From an uncultured Prevotellaceae bacterium (GTDB lineage Bacteria; Bacteroidota; Bacteroidia; Bacteroidales; Bacteroidaceae): a DNA stretch of 64,000 bases. Below the pieces are notes generated by a model. The model made no database searches. It was not told where the DNA came from and saw nothing but the letters and a program-made list of their open reading frames with translations. The translations under genes and the position numbers were made by a program. Shown piece by piece: positions 45,459 to 54,556 of the stretch. The first letter of the stretch is position 1. Each line of letters starts with the position of its first letter. The stretch is from positions 5,825-69,824 of the forward strand of contig CAMEQD010000006.1 of the NCBI GenBank assembly GCA_945932615.1. The letters are read 5' to 3'.

Positions 45459-46691
45459 TCAGAGGTTTGTCTGTTTGCTGATGGCTTGAGCTACGACTTC
45501 GGCCATGGTCCAGGCGGCTTGTAGATTGAATCCTCCCGTGACTCCATCTACATCGGTCACTTCGCCTGCGAAATAGAGGCCTTTGTGGGCTTTGCTTTCG
45601 AGTGTGGCACTGTCGAGGGCGGTGAGGGATACGCCTCCTGCGGTGACAAACTCTTCTTTGTGGGGGACGCGGCCTGTCACCCTATATGTATCTGAGGTGA
45701 GCACGGCAACAAGTTTGTTATAATGTTTTTGACTTACCCCACTCCACCGTGTCTGCTGTGTGATTCCTGCCCGTGACACAAGAAACTCCCACATTCGAGA
45801 GGTCAAGTGTGATTGACTTGCATCACCCGTTAGACAAGGAGCAATGGTCGTTATTAGCTTGTTGGGGTTATGTCGGGCGAAATCGTACAAAGCTTGACGT
45901 ACGTCATTCTCACTGGTCTCTCCCATCCAGTTTATTACTAAATCTGTATTATATTTTTCTGCGAGAAAACGTGATGCATAGCTGCTAAGTCTGAGCGTAG
46001 CTGGCCCTGAGAACCCGTTGTGAGTAATGAGAAGTGTGCCAATAGCCCGACACTTACAGCCTGGCAATATGAGCTCAGCATCTTGGACTACAGCTCCCGA
46101 CATCTGCTCTAATCCTGTTGGTTCGAGTCTGAGTGGAAAAAGGCTCGGCACTGGCTTGACTATCTCTATGCCTATCCTCTCAAGCCACGAGAAATTGCGT
46201 GTCCCACCTGTGGTCACGACCACGGTGTCGTACTCTCCGAGGCTATTATCTTCTTGCGAAGATATTACCCATTTACCACCCTCTCTCCTTTGTAATGCAG
46301 TAATACGGGTGTTGAGTTGTATGTCCAGATTTCGACGCAACGTGGCGACTATCTCCATAGCATTCTGGCTCGCGGGAAATACACACTCGTCTTCCTGTGT
46401 GACAAGACGAACTCCATGATTTTCAAACCACGACATAGTATCATGGTGGTTCCATACGTGCATCAGCTTCTTCATCAGTTGGTATCCTCGGGGATAGACT
46501 TCTCTCAGATTTCGCACGAGAGCAAAACTATTGGTCAAATTGCACCTTCCACCTCCCGTAATAGCTACCTTAGCCAACGCTTTAGAATGTGATTCATATA
46601 TCTTTACCTCTGTACCGGGGCAAAGTTCTCTTATTCGTTGTGCACAGAAACATCCTGCGGCTCCTGCTCCAATGATTGCTATTCTGCTCAT
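45459..46691 (-). CDS. HI0933/BaiN-like FAD-dependent oxidoreductase
   Basis: IAIIGAGAAGCFCA (a dinucleotide fold), GGGRCNLTN and FAGEVTDVDGVTGGFNLQ are present. The start at 46691 fits better than 46715. Confidence 0.85.
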   Translation of the reverse strand: MSRIAIIGAGAAGCFCAQRIRELCPGTEVKIYESHSKALAKVAITGGGRCNLTNSFALVRNLREVYPRGYQLMKKLMHVWNHHDTMSWFENHGVRLVTQEDECVFPASQNAMEIVATLRRNLDIQLNTRITALQRREGGKWVISSQEDNSLGEYDTVVVTTGGTRNFSWLERIGIEIVKPVPSLFPLRLEPTGLEQMSGAVVQDAELILPGCKCRAIGTLLITHNGFSGPATLRLSSYASRFLAEKYNTDLVINWMGETSENDVRQALYDFARHNPNKLITTIAPCLTGDASQSHLTSRMWEFLVSRAGITQQTRWSGVSQKHYNKLVAVLTSDTYRVTGRVPHKEEFVTAGGVSLTALDSATLESKAHKGLYFAGEVTDVDGVTGGFNLQAAWTMAEVVAQAISKQTNL

Positions 46692-46712
46692 GGCTTTGTG
46701 TGTTTTTATCTT

Positions 46713-46744
46713 CAAAGGTACGAATATGCTGGCGGAATTGCAAG
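46713..46744 (-). promoter_or_regulatory. -7 box (TACCTTTG on minus strand) plus CTTG -33-like element for the flavoprotein gene
   Basis: CAAAGGTA (46713-46720) and CAAG (46741-46744) are spaced 20 nt apart. Confidence 0.5.
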
Positions 46745-46753
46745 TTTATGCCG

Positions 46754-46838
46754 TTTTTTTTGGTTATTTGGTTGTTTGGTTGCAACCAGAATACTATTAG
46801 TTCCAACCAAACAACAAAACAACTAAACAACAAAAAAC
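46754..46838. repeat. Intergenic palindromic element, GGTTGTTT/AAACAACC type
   Basis: TTGGTTATTTGGTTGTTTGGTTG is followed by a 21-nt core, then CAACCAAACAACAAAACAACTAAACAAC. Confidence 0.75.
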
Positions 46839-46839
46839 A

Positions 46840-46871
46840 TTTGGAATTGTGCTCGCTTATTCGTAACTTTG
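46840..46871 (+). promoter_or_regulatory. Promoter copy 1: TTTG-N20-TAACTTTG (33-bp exact duplicate of copy 2)
   Basis: ATTTGGAATTGTGCTCGCTTATTCGTAACTTTG occupies 46839-46871. Confidence 0.6.
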
Positions 46872-46926
46872 AGCTGCGCTCTAAGTTACTTCCGCTCGAC
46901 AATTCCCAATCAAAAACAAGTTTTTA

Positions 46927-46958
46927 TTTGGAATTGTGCTCGCTTATTCGTAACTTTG
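46927..46958 (+). promoter_or_regulatory. Promoter copy 2 for trmD: TTTG-N20-TAACTTTG
   Basis: The identical 33-mer occupies 46926-46958. The -7 box ends 9 nt before the trmD ATG (46968). Confidence 0.65.
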
Positions 46959-46967
46959 CCCCTTGAT

Positions 46968-47657
46968 ATGAGAATTGATATTATTACAGTCATACCCGAA
47001 CTGCTTCACAATTTCACTACGGAGAGCATCGTCGGACGAGGCCAAAAGAAAGGGCTCGTGGAGATTCATGTCCACAATCTGCGCGATTATACTACCAACA
47101 AGTGGAGGCGTGTTGACGACTATCCTTTTGGAGGATTTGCTGGTATGGTGATGCAGTGCGAACCGATTGACAGGTGCATTTCGCAACTCATGAGCGAGCG
47201 TCACTATGATGAGGTCATCTTTACGACTCCTGATGGTGAGCAGTTTGACCAGCCCATGGCCAACGAGCTCTCACTCAAGGAGAATATCATCATACTTTGC
47301 GGTCACTACAAGGGGATTGACTATCGTGTGCGCGAACAGCTTATCACCAAAGAGGTCAGTATCGGAGATTTCGTGCTGACTGGAGGCGAATTGGCTGCTG
47401 CGGTGATGACAGACGCTATCGTGCGCATCATACCCGGTGTGATTGGCGATGAGCAGTCTGCGCTGTCTGACTCTTTTCAAGACAATCTGCTCGCGGCTCC
47501 CGTATACACGCGCCCCAAGGAGTATATCGATGTGAGGGGCAGGAGTTGGGGCGAAGTGCCAGAGATTCTGCTCTCGGGTCACGATGCCAAGATTAGGGAG
47601 TGGGAGTTGGAGCAGTCCTTGGCGAGGACCAAGCGTCTCAGACCTGACCTTTTGTAA
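46968..47657 (+). CDS. trmD: tRNA (guanine37-N1)-methyltransferase
   Basis: [13 protein letters not shown]..., [13 protein letters not shown] and [12 protein letters not shown] are present. The track ORF start at 46869 lies inside the promoter repeats. Confidence 0.9.
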   Translation: MRIDIITVIPELLHNFTTESIVGRGQKKGLVEIHVHNLRDYTTNKWRRVDDYPFGGFAGMVMQCEPIDRCISQLMSERHYDEVIFTTPDGEQFDQPMANELSLKENIIILCGHYKGIDYRVREQLITKEVSIGDFVLTGGELAAAVMTDAIVRIIPGVIGDEQSALSDSFQDNLLAAPVYTRPKEYIDVRGRSWGEVPEILLSGHDAKIREWELEQSLARTKRLRPDLL

Positions 47658-47672
47658 AATCTGTTTTCTAAG

Positions 47673-48302
47673 ATGAAGAACCTTTACATCATAGCCGGTT
47701 GCAACGGTGCTGGCAAGACTACGGCCAGTTATACTGTTTTGCCCGAGATGCTCGGGTGCCGCGAGTTTGTAAACGCTGACGAGATTGCTCGCGGCTTGTC
47801 GCCCTTCAACCCCGAATCTGTAGCAATACAGGCGGGAAGGCTGATGATTGAACGAGTGATAACGCTCATGAAGGAGGGGGCAGACTTTGCTTTCGAGACA
47901 ACGTTAGCGACACGTTCGTACGTGAAGCTCATCAAAAAGGCGCAGTCTGTGGGTTATCGTGTCACGCTACTGTTCTTCTCGTTGCCTACTCCAGAACAGG
48001 CGGTGCAGCGCGTGGCGAGACGTGTCAGTCAGGGCGGTCACAACATACCTCTCGATGTCATTTACCGCAGATATGAAGCAGGGCTGAAAAACTTCTTCCA
48101 GCTCTATATGCCTGTGGTAGATTTCTGGTCTCTTTATGACAACAATACCTGCCCGACTTTCCGAATAGCGAGCGGTTGGCGTAATGGCAGCAAGCCTGAG
48201 GACGTCCACACCGAGATTATTGACGCACAGCGTTTTATGGAAATGCAGAAGGAATACTCCGAGCCTGCCACGTTTGACATTAAAGATGGTTCAAATGAGT
48301 AA
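47673..48302 (+). CDS. Zeta-toxin-like / COG4185-type P-loop ATPase
   Basis: It has MKNLYIIAGCNGAGKTT (Walker A). Its size and layout resemble zeta/PezT-like kinases. Confidence 0.7.
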   Translation: MKNLYIIAGCNGAGKTTASYTVLPEMLGCREFVNADEIARGLSPFNPESVAIQAGRLMIERVITLMKEGADFAFETTLATRSYVKLIKKAQSVGYRVTLLFFSLPTPEQAVQRVARRVSQGGHNIPLDVIYRRYEAGLKNFFQLYMPVVDFWSLYDNNTCPTFRIASGWRNGSKPEDVHTEIIDAQRFMEMQKEYSEPATFDIKDGSNE

Positions 48303-48477
48303 GAAGGATTTTTCGTCTGACAGCGAGATGCGCCACTTGATGCGCACTATCGACAATGGCATCATTCTGGCTCAGAAACGTCTCGTGGCTCGCGCCAAGC
48401 GTGAGGGCTTTACCCTCATAGCATGCCCTGACGGACGCAAGGTAATTGAGGTGAACCCTGAGACGATAGTATTTTAA
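48295..48477 (+). CDS. Small protein (60-63 aa) overlapping the end of the zeta-like gene
   Basis: MSKKDFSSDSEMRHLMRTIDNGIILAQKRLVARAKREGFTLIACPDGRKVIEVNPETIVF. The ATG at 48295 (or 48286) overlaps the upstream stop at 48300-48302. Its 3' end overlaps the guaD stop by 4 nt. Confidence 0.45.
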   Translation: MSKKDFSSDSEMRHLMRTIDNGIILAQKRLVARAKREGFTLIACPDGRKVIEVNPETIVF

Positions 48478-49757
48478 GCCTGAGGGCTTGGGATTTCCCT
48501 ACCCTGGCAGTAGCGCCGGACTATATGCCTGTCGTCGGCGAGATATACGCAACGCTCCAGACGTTGGAGTATGGTGTAGTGCCTGTCCCAGCCGCTGAGA
48601 GCCGTGTCGTCGATGACGAGGGCATCAAAGGCGTAGCCTGGCTCAAAACTGCCTATTTTGCCAAAAAATGCGCCTCCAGCCTTTGTGGCAGCGTGAAATG
48701 CTTCGCTGAGTGTGAGATAGCGCAGGCGCTTTTCTGTGAAGGTCCATTTCAGCTTGCTCATCTGCATGGCATACTGCATGACTCTAAACATACTGAGCTG
48801 ATGACCTCCCGACACGTCGCTGCCGAGAGCTACCCGTATACCACGGTCAAGAAACTCTCGTATGGGGGCTATGCCTGAGCCCAGATTGGCGTTTGATGTG
48901 GGGCAATGCACTATGGTGACTCCGCGCTCTGCGAGCAGTTCCAATTCCACCCCTTGGCTGTAACAACAGTGTGCCATGAGAGTAGGGCTCTGCCCCAAGA
49001 GCCCATATTTGTCGTAGGCGTGGGCATAGGACGGACAGTCAGGCTCGAGTCGGGCTACCCAGGCTATCTCCTGTGTATTTTCGCTGAGGTGGGACTGCAC
49101 GGGCAGATGGTGGCAACATGCCACCTTGCCAAGAGCTGTGAGCATCGCTGGCGTACAGGCTGGAACGAAGCGGGGAGTGACGATGACCGAGACGCGAGGC
49201 ATAGGCTCGGTATGGCGCATAAGCCCGGTGATGTCTGCCTCAATGGTCTGCGGGTCGTTTTGCAACGCATCGGGGCAATTGCGATCCATGCCCACGAGGC
49301 CTATATACGCTCCCATACCAGCCTTGTCAAACAATGTGGCAAGCATCTTGGTAGCCTCGGGGTGGATAGTGGCAAATACGGCTGCTCGCATGGTGCCATG
49401 CTTCCACAGGTCGTGTACAAACCGTGTGTAGACCTCTGCGGCATAGCTGACATCGGCAAAACGCTGTTCCTCGGGAAAGGTGTAAGTATTGAGCCATGGC
49501 AACAACTCCAGATCGAGAGCCATACCCTGATTGCGGTACTGCGGAGCATGGACGTGGAGGTCGTTCATGGCAGGTATGACAAACTCTCCATCGTGGTAGC
49601 ACAGGTCGACCACCTCCGACGCGCCGCAGCCCTCAGGCATGAGTCTGCCCACGTGGCATATCACGCCCGAGCTGTCGACAGCTACGTATCCCTGCTCAAG
49701 GATTTCGAACCGCTCCGGAGTGGCAGTCCACACGAAATTGCCTCTGTATACGGTCAT
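48474..49757 (-). CDS. guaD: Guanine deaminase (amidohydrolase superfamily)
   Basis: NDLHVHAPQYRNQGMALDLELLPWLNTYTFPEE matches the guanine deaminase HxH ... WL..YTFP.E region. Confidence 0.85.
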   Translation of the reverse strand: MTVYRGNFVWTATPERFEILEQGYVAVDSSGVICHVGRLMPEGCGASEVVDLCYHDGEFVIPAMNDLHVHAPQYRNQGMALDLELLPWLNTYTFPEEQRFADVSYAAEVYTRFVHDLWKHGTMRAAVFATIHPEATKMLATLFDKAGMGAYIGLVGMDRNCPDALQNDPQTIEADITGLMRHTEPMPRVSVIVTPRFVPACTPAMLTALGKVACCHHLPVQSHLSENTQEIAWVARLEPDCPSYAHAYDKYGLLGQSPTLMAHCCYSQGVELELLAERGVTIVHCPTSNANLGSGIAPIREFLDRGIRVALGSDVSGGHQLSMFRVMQYAMQMSKLKWTFTEKRLRYLTLSEAFHAATKAGGAFFGKIGSFEPGYAFDALVIDDTALSGWDRHYTILQRLERCVYLADDRHIVRRYCQGREIPSPQA

Positions 49758-49760
49758 GGC

Positions 49761-50669
49761 TCATTCGGCTACTCCGACTATCTCACTGATGTCTGATATG
49801 CCATGACTGTCGAGCCACTCGTTGATACCGTCAACCACTTTGACGGTAATCTGCGGATCAAGGAAGTTGGCCGTGCCAATCTCTATGGCACTGGCGCCAG
49901 CCATGATAAACTCCAAGGCATCCAGTGCGCTGCTTATGCCGCCCAGACCTATGACGGGGATGCTTACGGCTCTGGCCACCTGATATACCATACGCAAGGC
50001 TACGGGTTTGACGCATGGACCGCTCAGACCTCCAGTACCGATAGAGAGCACACGCTTGCGCTTCTCGATGTCGATAGCCGTGCCCATGAGCGTGTTTATG
50101 AGACTCACGGAGTCTGCGCCCTCAGCCTCGACGGCCTTGGCAATAGAGCAGATGTCGGTGACGTTGGGCGAGAGTTTCACTATCAACGTCTTGGAGTAAG
50201 CCTTGCGGACAGCCTTGACCACACTCGCAGCGCCTTCGGTGCTGACGCCAAAAGCCATGCCTCCGTCGTGTACGTTGGGGCAGGATATGTTGAGCTCAAT
50301 GGCGTGAATGTCATCAAGCGAATCTATACACTCGGCACAGCGGGCATAATCTTCGGGACTTGAACCCGATACGTTGACTATCATCTCGGTGTCGATACGA
50401 CGTATCTTGGGGTAAATCGTCTCGCAGAAGTAGCGCACGCCCTTGTTTTGCAGCCCCACACAGTTCATCATGCCCGATGCTGTCTCAGCCATGCGTGGGT
50501 AATCGTTGCCCTGACGAGGATTAAACGTGGTGCCCTTGACTATGATTCCACCTATACGTGTAAGGTCTACGAGGTCTTCAAACTCTATTCCATAGCCAAA
50601 CGTACCACTCGCTGTCATGACGGGGTTCTTAAGTTGCAGAGCCCCTATATTAGTCTTGAGAATTGCCAT
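49761..50669 (-). CDS. pyrD: Dihydroorotate dehydrogenase (class 1B) catalytic subunit
   Basis: [23 protein letters not shown] and [12 protein letters not shown] are present. Confidence 0.9.
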   Translation of the reverse strand: MAILKTNIGALQLKNPVMTASGTFGYGIEFEDLVDLTRIGGIIVKGTTFNPRQGNDYPRMAETASGMMNCVGLQNKGVRYFCETIYPKIRRIDTEMIVNVSGSSPEDYARCAECIDSLDDIHAIELNISCPNVHDGGMAFGVSTEGAASVVKAVRKAYSKTLIVKLSPNVTDICSIAKAVEAEGADSVSLINTLMGTAIDIEKRKRVLSIGTGGLSGPCVKPVALRMVYQVARAVSIPVIGLGGISSALDALEFIMAGASAIEIGTANFLDPQITVKVVDGINEWLDSHGISDISEIVGVAE

Positions 50670-50703
50670 ATTGTTGTTATGATGTTATGAGGGAGGATAA
50701 CAC

Positions 50704-51483
50704 TTACCATTCGAGTTCGTTCACATCAAATACCGGGCCTTCGGTACACACGCAGACGTTGCCCTTGACCGTCTTCTCTACGCAACACAGACAAGCTCCC
50801 AGGCCGCATGCCATCATGTTTTCGAGCGACACCTCACAAGGCGTCCCAGTCTCCTTGGCATAGCGAGCCACGGCCTTCATCATCGGCGATGGTCCGCATA
50901 CGCTGATACGGTCAAAATGCTCCTTGGCGAGGACGGAATGCTGTGTCACGAAACCCTTCTCTCCGCGCGTGCCGTCTTCGGTCGTGACGTAGACATCACC
51001 GAGAGCCTCAAACTCCTCGATGCGCAGCAAGAACGACGCCGAACGCGCTCCAAGGAGAAACGTGGGTTTCGCCCCAAACCTGAGCATCTCGCGACCCAGA
51101 TAAAGCAGCGGAGCCGTGCCTACCCCACCTCCGACGAGGAGATGTCTGCTCTCGGGCTGACGGGGCATGGAAAAGCCATTGCCCAAGGGAAGGAGAGCAT
51201 TGAGCGTATCGCCCTGCTCCAATCGTCCGAGAGCTTTAGACCCCTCGCCTACGAGCTGTATGAGAAAGGAGATTTCATTGCCAGCGACATTAAGGTCATG
51301 TATGCTGATGGGGCGACGCAGATAGGTATCCTTGCTGCCGTCCACACGCAATTGGGCAAACTGACCAGGCATCATCGGAGGCAAGGCTGCCTGCTCGTCC
51401 GTACAGACCAGGAGCACGAAATTGCCACCGAGTACTTGTTTTCTGACCACTTTTAGGTCGAGAATATGCTTTCTTAGTGCCAT
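50704..51483 (-). CDS. pyrK: Dihydroorotate dehydrogenase electron-transfer subunit
   Basis: RPISI (FAD binding), GGGVGTAPL, and a C-terminal 2Fe-2S motif CGLGACLCCV are present. Confidence 0.9.
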   Translation of the reverse strand: MALRKHILDLKVVRKQVLGGNFVLLVCTDEQAALPPMMPGQFAQLRVDGSKDTYLRRPISIHDLNVAGNEISFLIQLVGEGSKALGRLEQGDTLNALLPLGNGFSMPRQPESRHLLVGGGVGTAPLLYLGREMLRFGAKPTFLLGARSASFLLRIEEFEALGDVYVTTEDGTRGEKGFVTQHSVLAKEHFDRISVCGPSPMMKAVARYAKETGTPCEVSLENMMACGLGACLCCVEKTVKGNVCVCTEGPVFDVNELEW

Positions 51484-51555
51484 TCTATAGGTGTTTTAAA
51501 TCGAATTACACATTAATTATATAAGGTTTCTCAGCGTAAAGATACGAAAAAGAAA

Positions 51556-51580
51556 CAAAAAAAGCACCCTTTACGGTGCT
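51556..51580 (-). terminator. Intrinsic terminator of the XRE-family gene, starting at its stop codon
   Basis: AGCACC/GGTGCT form the stem (51563-51580). A7 on the plus strand gives U7 on the minus-strand RNA. Confidence 0.6.
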
Positions 51581-52118
51581 ATTTTGAGAACGATTCGTAG
51601 GTTCCGTCGTCAAAAAACACACGGATTTCAACTATCTTTCTTTGCGGTTTGTCAATATATTTCTCTACTATCTGAAGTTGAGGAGCCATTTGGAGATCCT
51701 TACCCTGTCCGAAACTTTGAGTCTTGGAACGCAACGTACGCACGCCCGCGTCGTCTACCCGCGAGGGCGCAAAAGCCTCCTGATCGGCAAACAAGTCCAT
51801 CTGTCCAGACGCCGCTCCTCCAGTCTCCGCAGAGACAAGCGAGGCATCAGCAGAGGACTGCTCGGGAGCAGCGGCAGACACGTCTCCCGGAGATTTCGAG
51901 TCGGGCGAATCTATATAAGGCTGACCCTCGTCAAACATCAACCATGAAATGTTGACCTCGGGGAAGCGCTCGTGAATAGCCTGTACGGTCTGGTTGGTAG
52001 GGCGAGTGCGTCCGTTGAAAATTCCCGATAAAGTCGCTTCGGCTATGCAAAGCTCGTTGGCAAAGTTTTTTTGGCTCATGCCCTTGTCTTCCATGATCTG
52101 GCGGATACGATTCCTCAT
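51579..52118 (-). CDS. XRE-family helix-turn-helix protein
   Basis: The N-terminus IRQIMEDKGMSQKNFANELCIAEATLSGIFNGRTRP is an HTH_3-type motif. The central region is low-complexity. Confidence 0.75.
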   Translation of the reverse strand: MRNRIRQIMEDKGMSQKNFANELCIAEATLSGIFNGRTRPTNQTVQAIHERFPEVNISWLMFDEGQPYIDSPDSKSPGDVSAAAPEQSSADASLVSAETGGAASGQMDLFADQEAFAPSRVDDAGVRTLRSKTQSFGQGKDLQMAPQLQIVEKYIDKPQRKIVEIRVFFDDGTYESFSK

Positions 52119-52174
52119 AATTTTTGTATAAAAAAGAGTCTGACAGTTAGAATTCGGATTTTCTAATACCTACG

Positions 52175-52206
52175 CAAAGGTACACAAAAATGTTCGTATT
52201 TGCAAA
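52175..52206 (-). promoter_or_regulatory. Full promoter (TTTG-N20-TACCTTTG on minus strand) for the XRE-family gene
   Basis: CAAAGGTA (52175-52182) and CAAA (52203-52206) are spaced 20 nt apart. Confidence 0.55.
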
Positions 52207-52887
52207 CTTTTAGAGCGTAAACTCAAATCAAACTCCCGAATTCATGTTTGCAACCTCAAATCTTTGTGTTTTCAAACTTCTTTATGTTTGCAAATTCACA
52301 CTTGTGTACTGAAATATAAAACAGCAAATTCAGACTTTAAGTAACTCACTCCAAGTCGAGAGACCTAATCCATTGGGTTTCCAGCACTCTAAGAGCTCAA
52401 ATAGCCCTCATGACAGCCTTATACCCATCATTATCCCCTACTATGCATAAAATCGGACCTATTGGCCACTATTTACTCTAAACTTTAGTGTGATGGAATT
52501 GGCTTTCACCTTGTTAGTACACCCTATTAAACCGACGTATTTTATGCATGTATGTTATGCGATACCCTCACTTTGTAAATTACCTTTTCAAATTCAACTC
52601 TGTAACCCCTCCACTTATTCGCCTATTTGTATTTGTTTATTCGAATTTGCGTTTGTACATTCAAATCAAAACCACAAAACGTCTTCACAAAGATAGTGTT
52701 GCGATTTGTTAATCTTAAATTTTAGACGCATTTTCACCCGCGAAAAATGTCAGAATATCATTGGCGCGTACATTTGCCCGACTCGGAGCAAAAACGCGAT
52801 TCTCACGAAGCGCAAAACAGGTATAACTATCTGATAAATAGAAAACTTACCTACAAAAATCCATACTTCCCCCACGACCAATCTACA

Positions 52888-52913
52888 CAAAAAAAGCCCC
52901 CTAAAAGGGAGCT
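52888..52913 (-). terminator. Intrinsic terminator of holA
   Basis: The minus-strand RNA reads AGCUCCC-UUUUA-GGGGGCU (one G-U pair), followed by UUUUUU. Confidence 0.6.
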
Positions 52914-52938
52914 TTACAAGCTTCGAGTGCCAAAAAAC

Positions 52939-53964
52939 CTACTGAAGAATACGGCAGACCAACTCCAAGAGCAGCTCTCCTGGCTGAGATTTACACCCTC
53001 CCACCCCTTTGCTCGCTCCGTCGCATTCGCGTATCCATGCAAGTATGTTCATGACCTGACGTCCCGTGTAGCATTTCATTGCAGGGAGTATCTCACGCTT
53101 CACTTTCCAGTCAGGCTGCCCCAGCCACTGCGCTATGCCACGCTCCGATTTCTCAGGGCTATAAAAAGCCAGCATCACATCAGCGAAGAAAGAGAACATC
53201 ATAGAGAGCGTCGGCTGCAAGGCAAACGACCTCGGATTGCTGTTATAATATTTCACTATCTTGAGCACCTGAGGTTTTGATTTTCGCGAAAGCGCAGCAA
53301 TCAGTTCGAAATTATTAAATTCTTTCGACACCCCAGTTTGAGCCTCAACGAGAGCTGCCGTGACCCTACTCTCCCCCTCGGGCAGAGCTATGAGCAACTT
53401 GTCCAACTCGCCCGACATTCTGCTAAGGTTTGCCCCCACATGCTCGACAAGCATCTGTATAGCCTGCTCGTCAACTTCCTTCTTTGCAGCCTTAACATAG
53501 CCGCGAATAAACCCAGGCAACGCCGTGTCATAAACTTTCTTGCTCTCAAAGACCACAGCATTGCCAGAAAGAGCCTTGCCCAGCCCCTTGCGCCGATCAA
53601 TAGAACCGTTCTTGCAGCACACCACGAGCACCGTCGTAGGCGAAGGGTGCTTGACATACGCCGCAAGCGCGTCCTGCGACGACTTCATCTGCTGAAACTC
53701 CCTCACCACCACCAGGCGTTTATCGCCCAGCATAGGATACTGCCTGCAACTATCCGCCACCCTCAGCGCGTCAACATCGCCACCATAGAGCAGCTCCATG
53801 TCAAAATCCCTGTTCGACTCAGGCATCACACTCTGAGTAATAAGAGCCTCAAGCTTGTCTATATAGTAACCCTCCTCGCCCATAAGCACATATACAGGCG
53901 CGATACTGCCTGCCTTGACATCGCGTACGATATCATCATAGGTTGTAGCTAATTTTGCCGCCAT
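52939..53964 (-). CDS. holA: DNA polymerase III delta subunit
   Basis: The protein is 341 aa. The start ...IAPVYVLMGEEGYYIDKLEALI and the overall layout fit HolA. Confidence 0.8.
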   Translation of the reverse strand: MAAKLATTYDDIVRDVKAGSIAPVYVLMGEEGYYIDKLEALITQSVMPESNRDFDMELLYGGDVDALRVADSCRQYPMLGDKRLVVVREFQQMKSSQDALAAYVKHPSPTTVLVVCCKNGSIDRRKGLGKALSGNAVVFESKKVYDTALPGFIRGYVKAAKKEVDEQAIQMLVEHVGANLSRMSGELDKLLIALPEGESRVTAALVEAQTGVSKEFNNFELIAALSRKSKPQVLKIVKYYNSNPRSFALQPTLSMMFSFFADVMLAFYSPEKSERGIAQWLGQPDWKVKREILPAMKCYTGRQVMNILAWIRECDGASKGVGGCKSQPGELLLELVCRILQ

Positions 53965-53992
53965 TCAGAGTCAGTTTTACATTCTTATTTTA

Positions 53993-54000
53993 TATCTTTG
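53993..54000 (+). promoter_or_regulatory. -7 box TATCTTTG for the HsdR-N-domain gene
   Basis: This exact match is divergent from the holA promoter. Confidence 0.5.
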
Positions 54001-54006
54001 CACATA

Positions 54007-54014
54007 CAAAAGTA
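54007..54014 (-). promoter_or_regulatory. -7 box (TACTTTTG on minus strand) for holA
   Basis: CAAAAGTA lies 43 nt upstream of the ATG at 53964. Confidence 0.5.
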
Positions 54015-54054
54015 CAAATAAGTATGCTAAATACAAAAGACAATCCCCGTTTTC

Positions 54055-54531
54055 TTGACAAACCCCGCCAAAACCACACCATATATGCTTAGTCTCAACC
54101 TACCCCACACCGACCTCAGACTACGCAAAGCCCAAGGCAAGATACAAGTCTGGGACCACATCAGGCTAAAGTGGATAACACTCACGCCCGAAGAATGGGT
54201 GAGGCAGCAATTCACACACTGGCTGGTCAAGCACCTCGGCTATCCCCGGGCACGCCTCGCCCACGAAGTGTCGCTCCGGCTCGGCAGCATGCAGCGTCGC
54301 TGCGACGCCATCGTCTACGACCACGAAGCCAAGCCACTCGTCATACTCGAGTTTAAAGCCCCACACATCAGCATCAGCCAAGCCACCTTTGACCAGATTA
54401 CCCGCTACAACGCCACCCTCCGAGTACCATACCTCATCATAAGCAACGGCATGAGCCACTACTGCGCCCACATCGACACAGACAAAAGCGTGGCATTCCT
54501 CAACGAAATACCACGCTTTGCAGACCTTTAG
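54055..54531 (+). CDS. Type I restriction enzyme HsdR N-terminal-domain (PD-(D/E)XK-like) protein, stand-alone
   Basis: EEWVRQQFTHWLVKHLGYP...CDAIVYD...VILEFKAP fits the D...E.K core. The alternative start is 54085. Confidence 0.7.
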   Translation: MTNPAKTTPYMLSLNLPHTDLRLRKAQGKIQVWDHIRLKWITLTPEEWVRQQFTHWLVKHLGYPRARLAHEVSLRLGSMQRRCDAIVYDHEAKPLVILEFKAPHISISQATFDQITRYNATLRVPYLIISNGMSHYCAHIDTDKSVAFLNEIPRFADL

Positions 54532-54556
54532 TCCAAAAGTCAGACAAGGTCACAGA

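Noticed and set aside
52747-53280. 177-aa plus-strand ORF, and 52490-52696
   Set aside because: The 3' half overlaps holA on the opposite strand. The 5' half lies across the holA terminator. No promoter or family signature is present.
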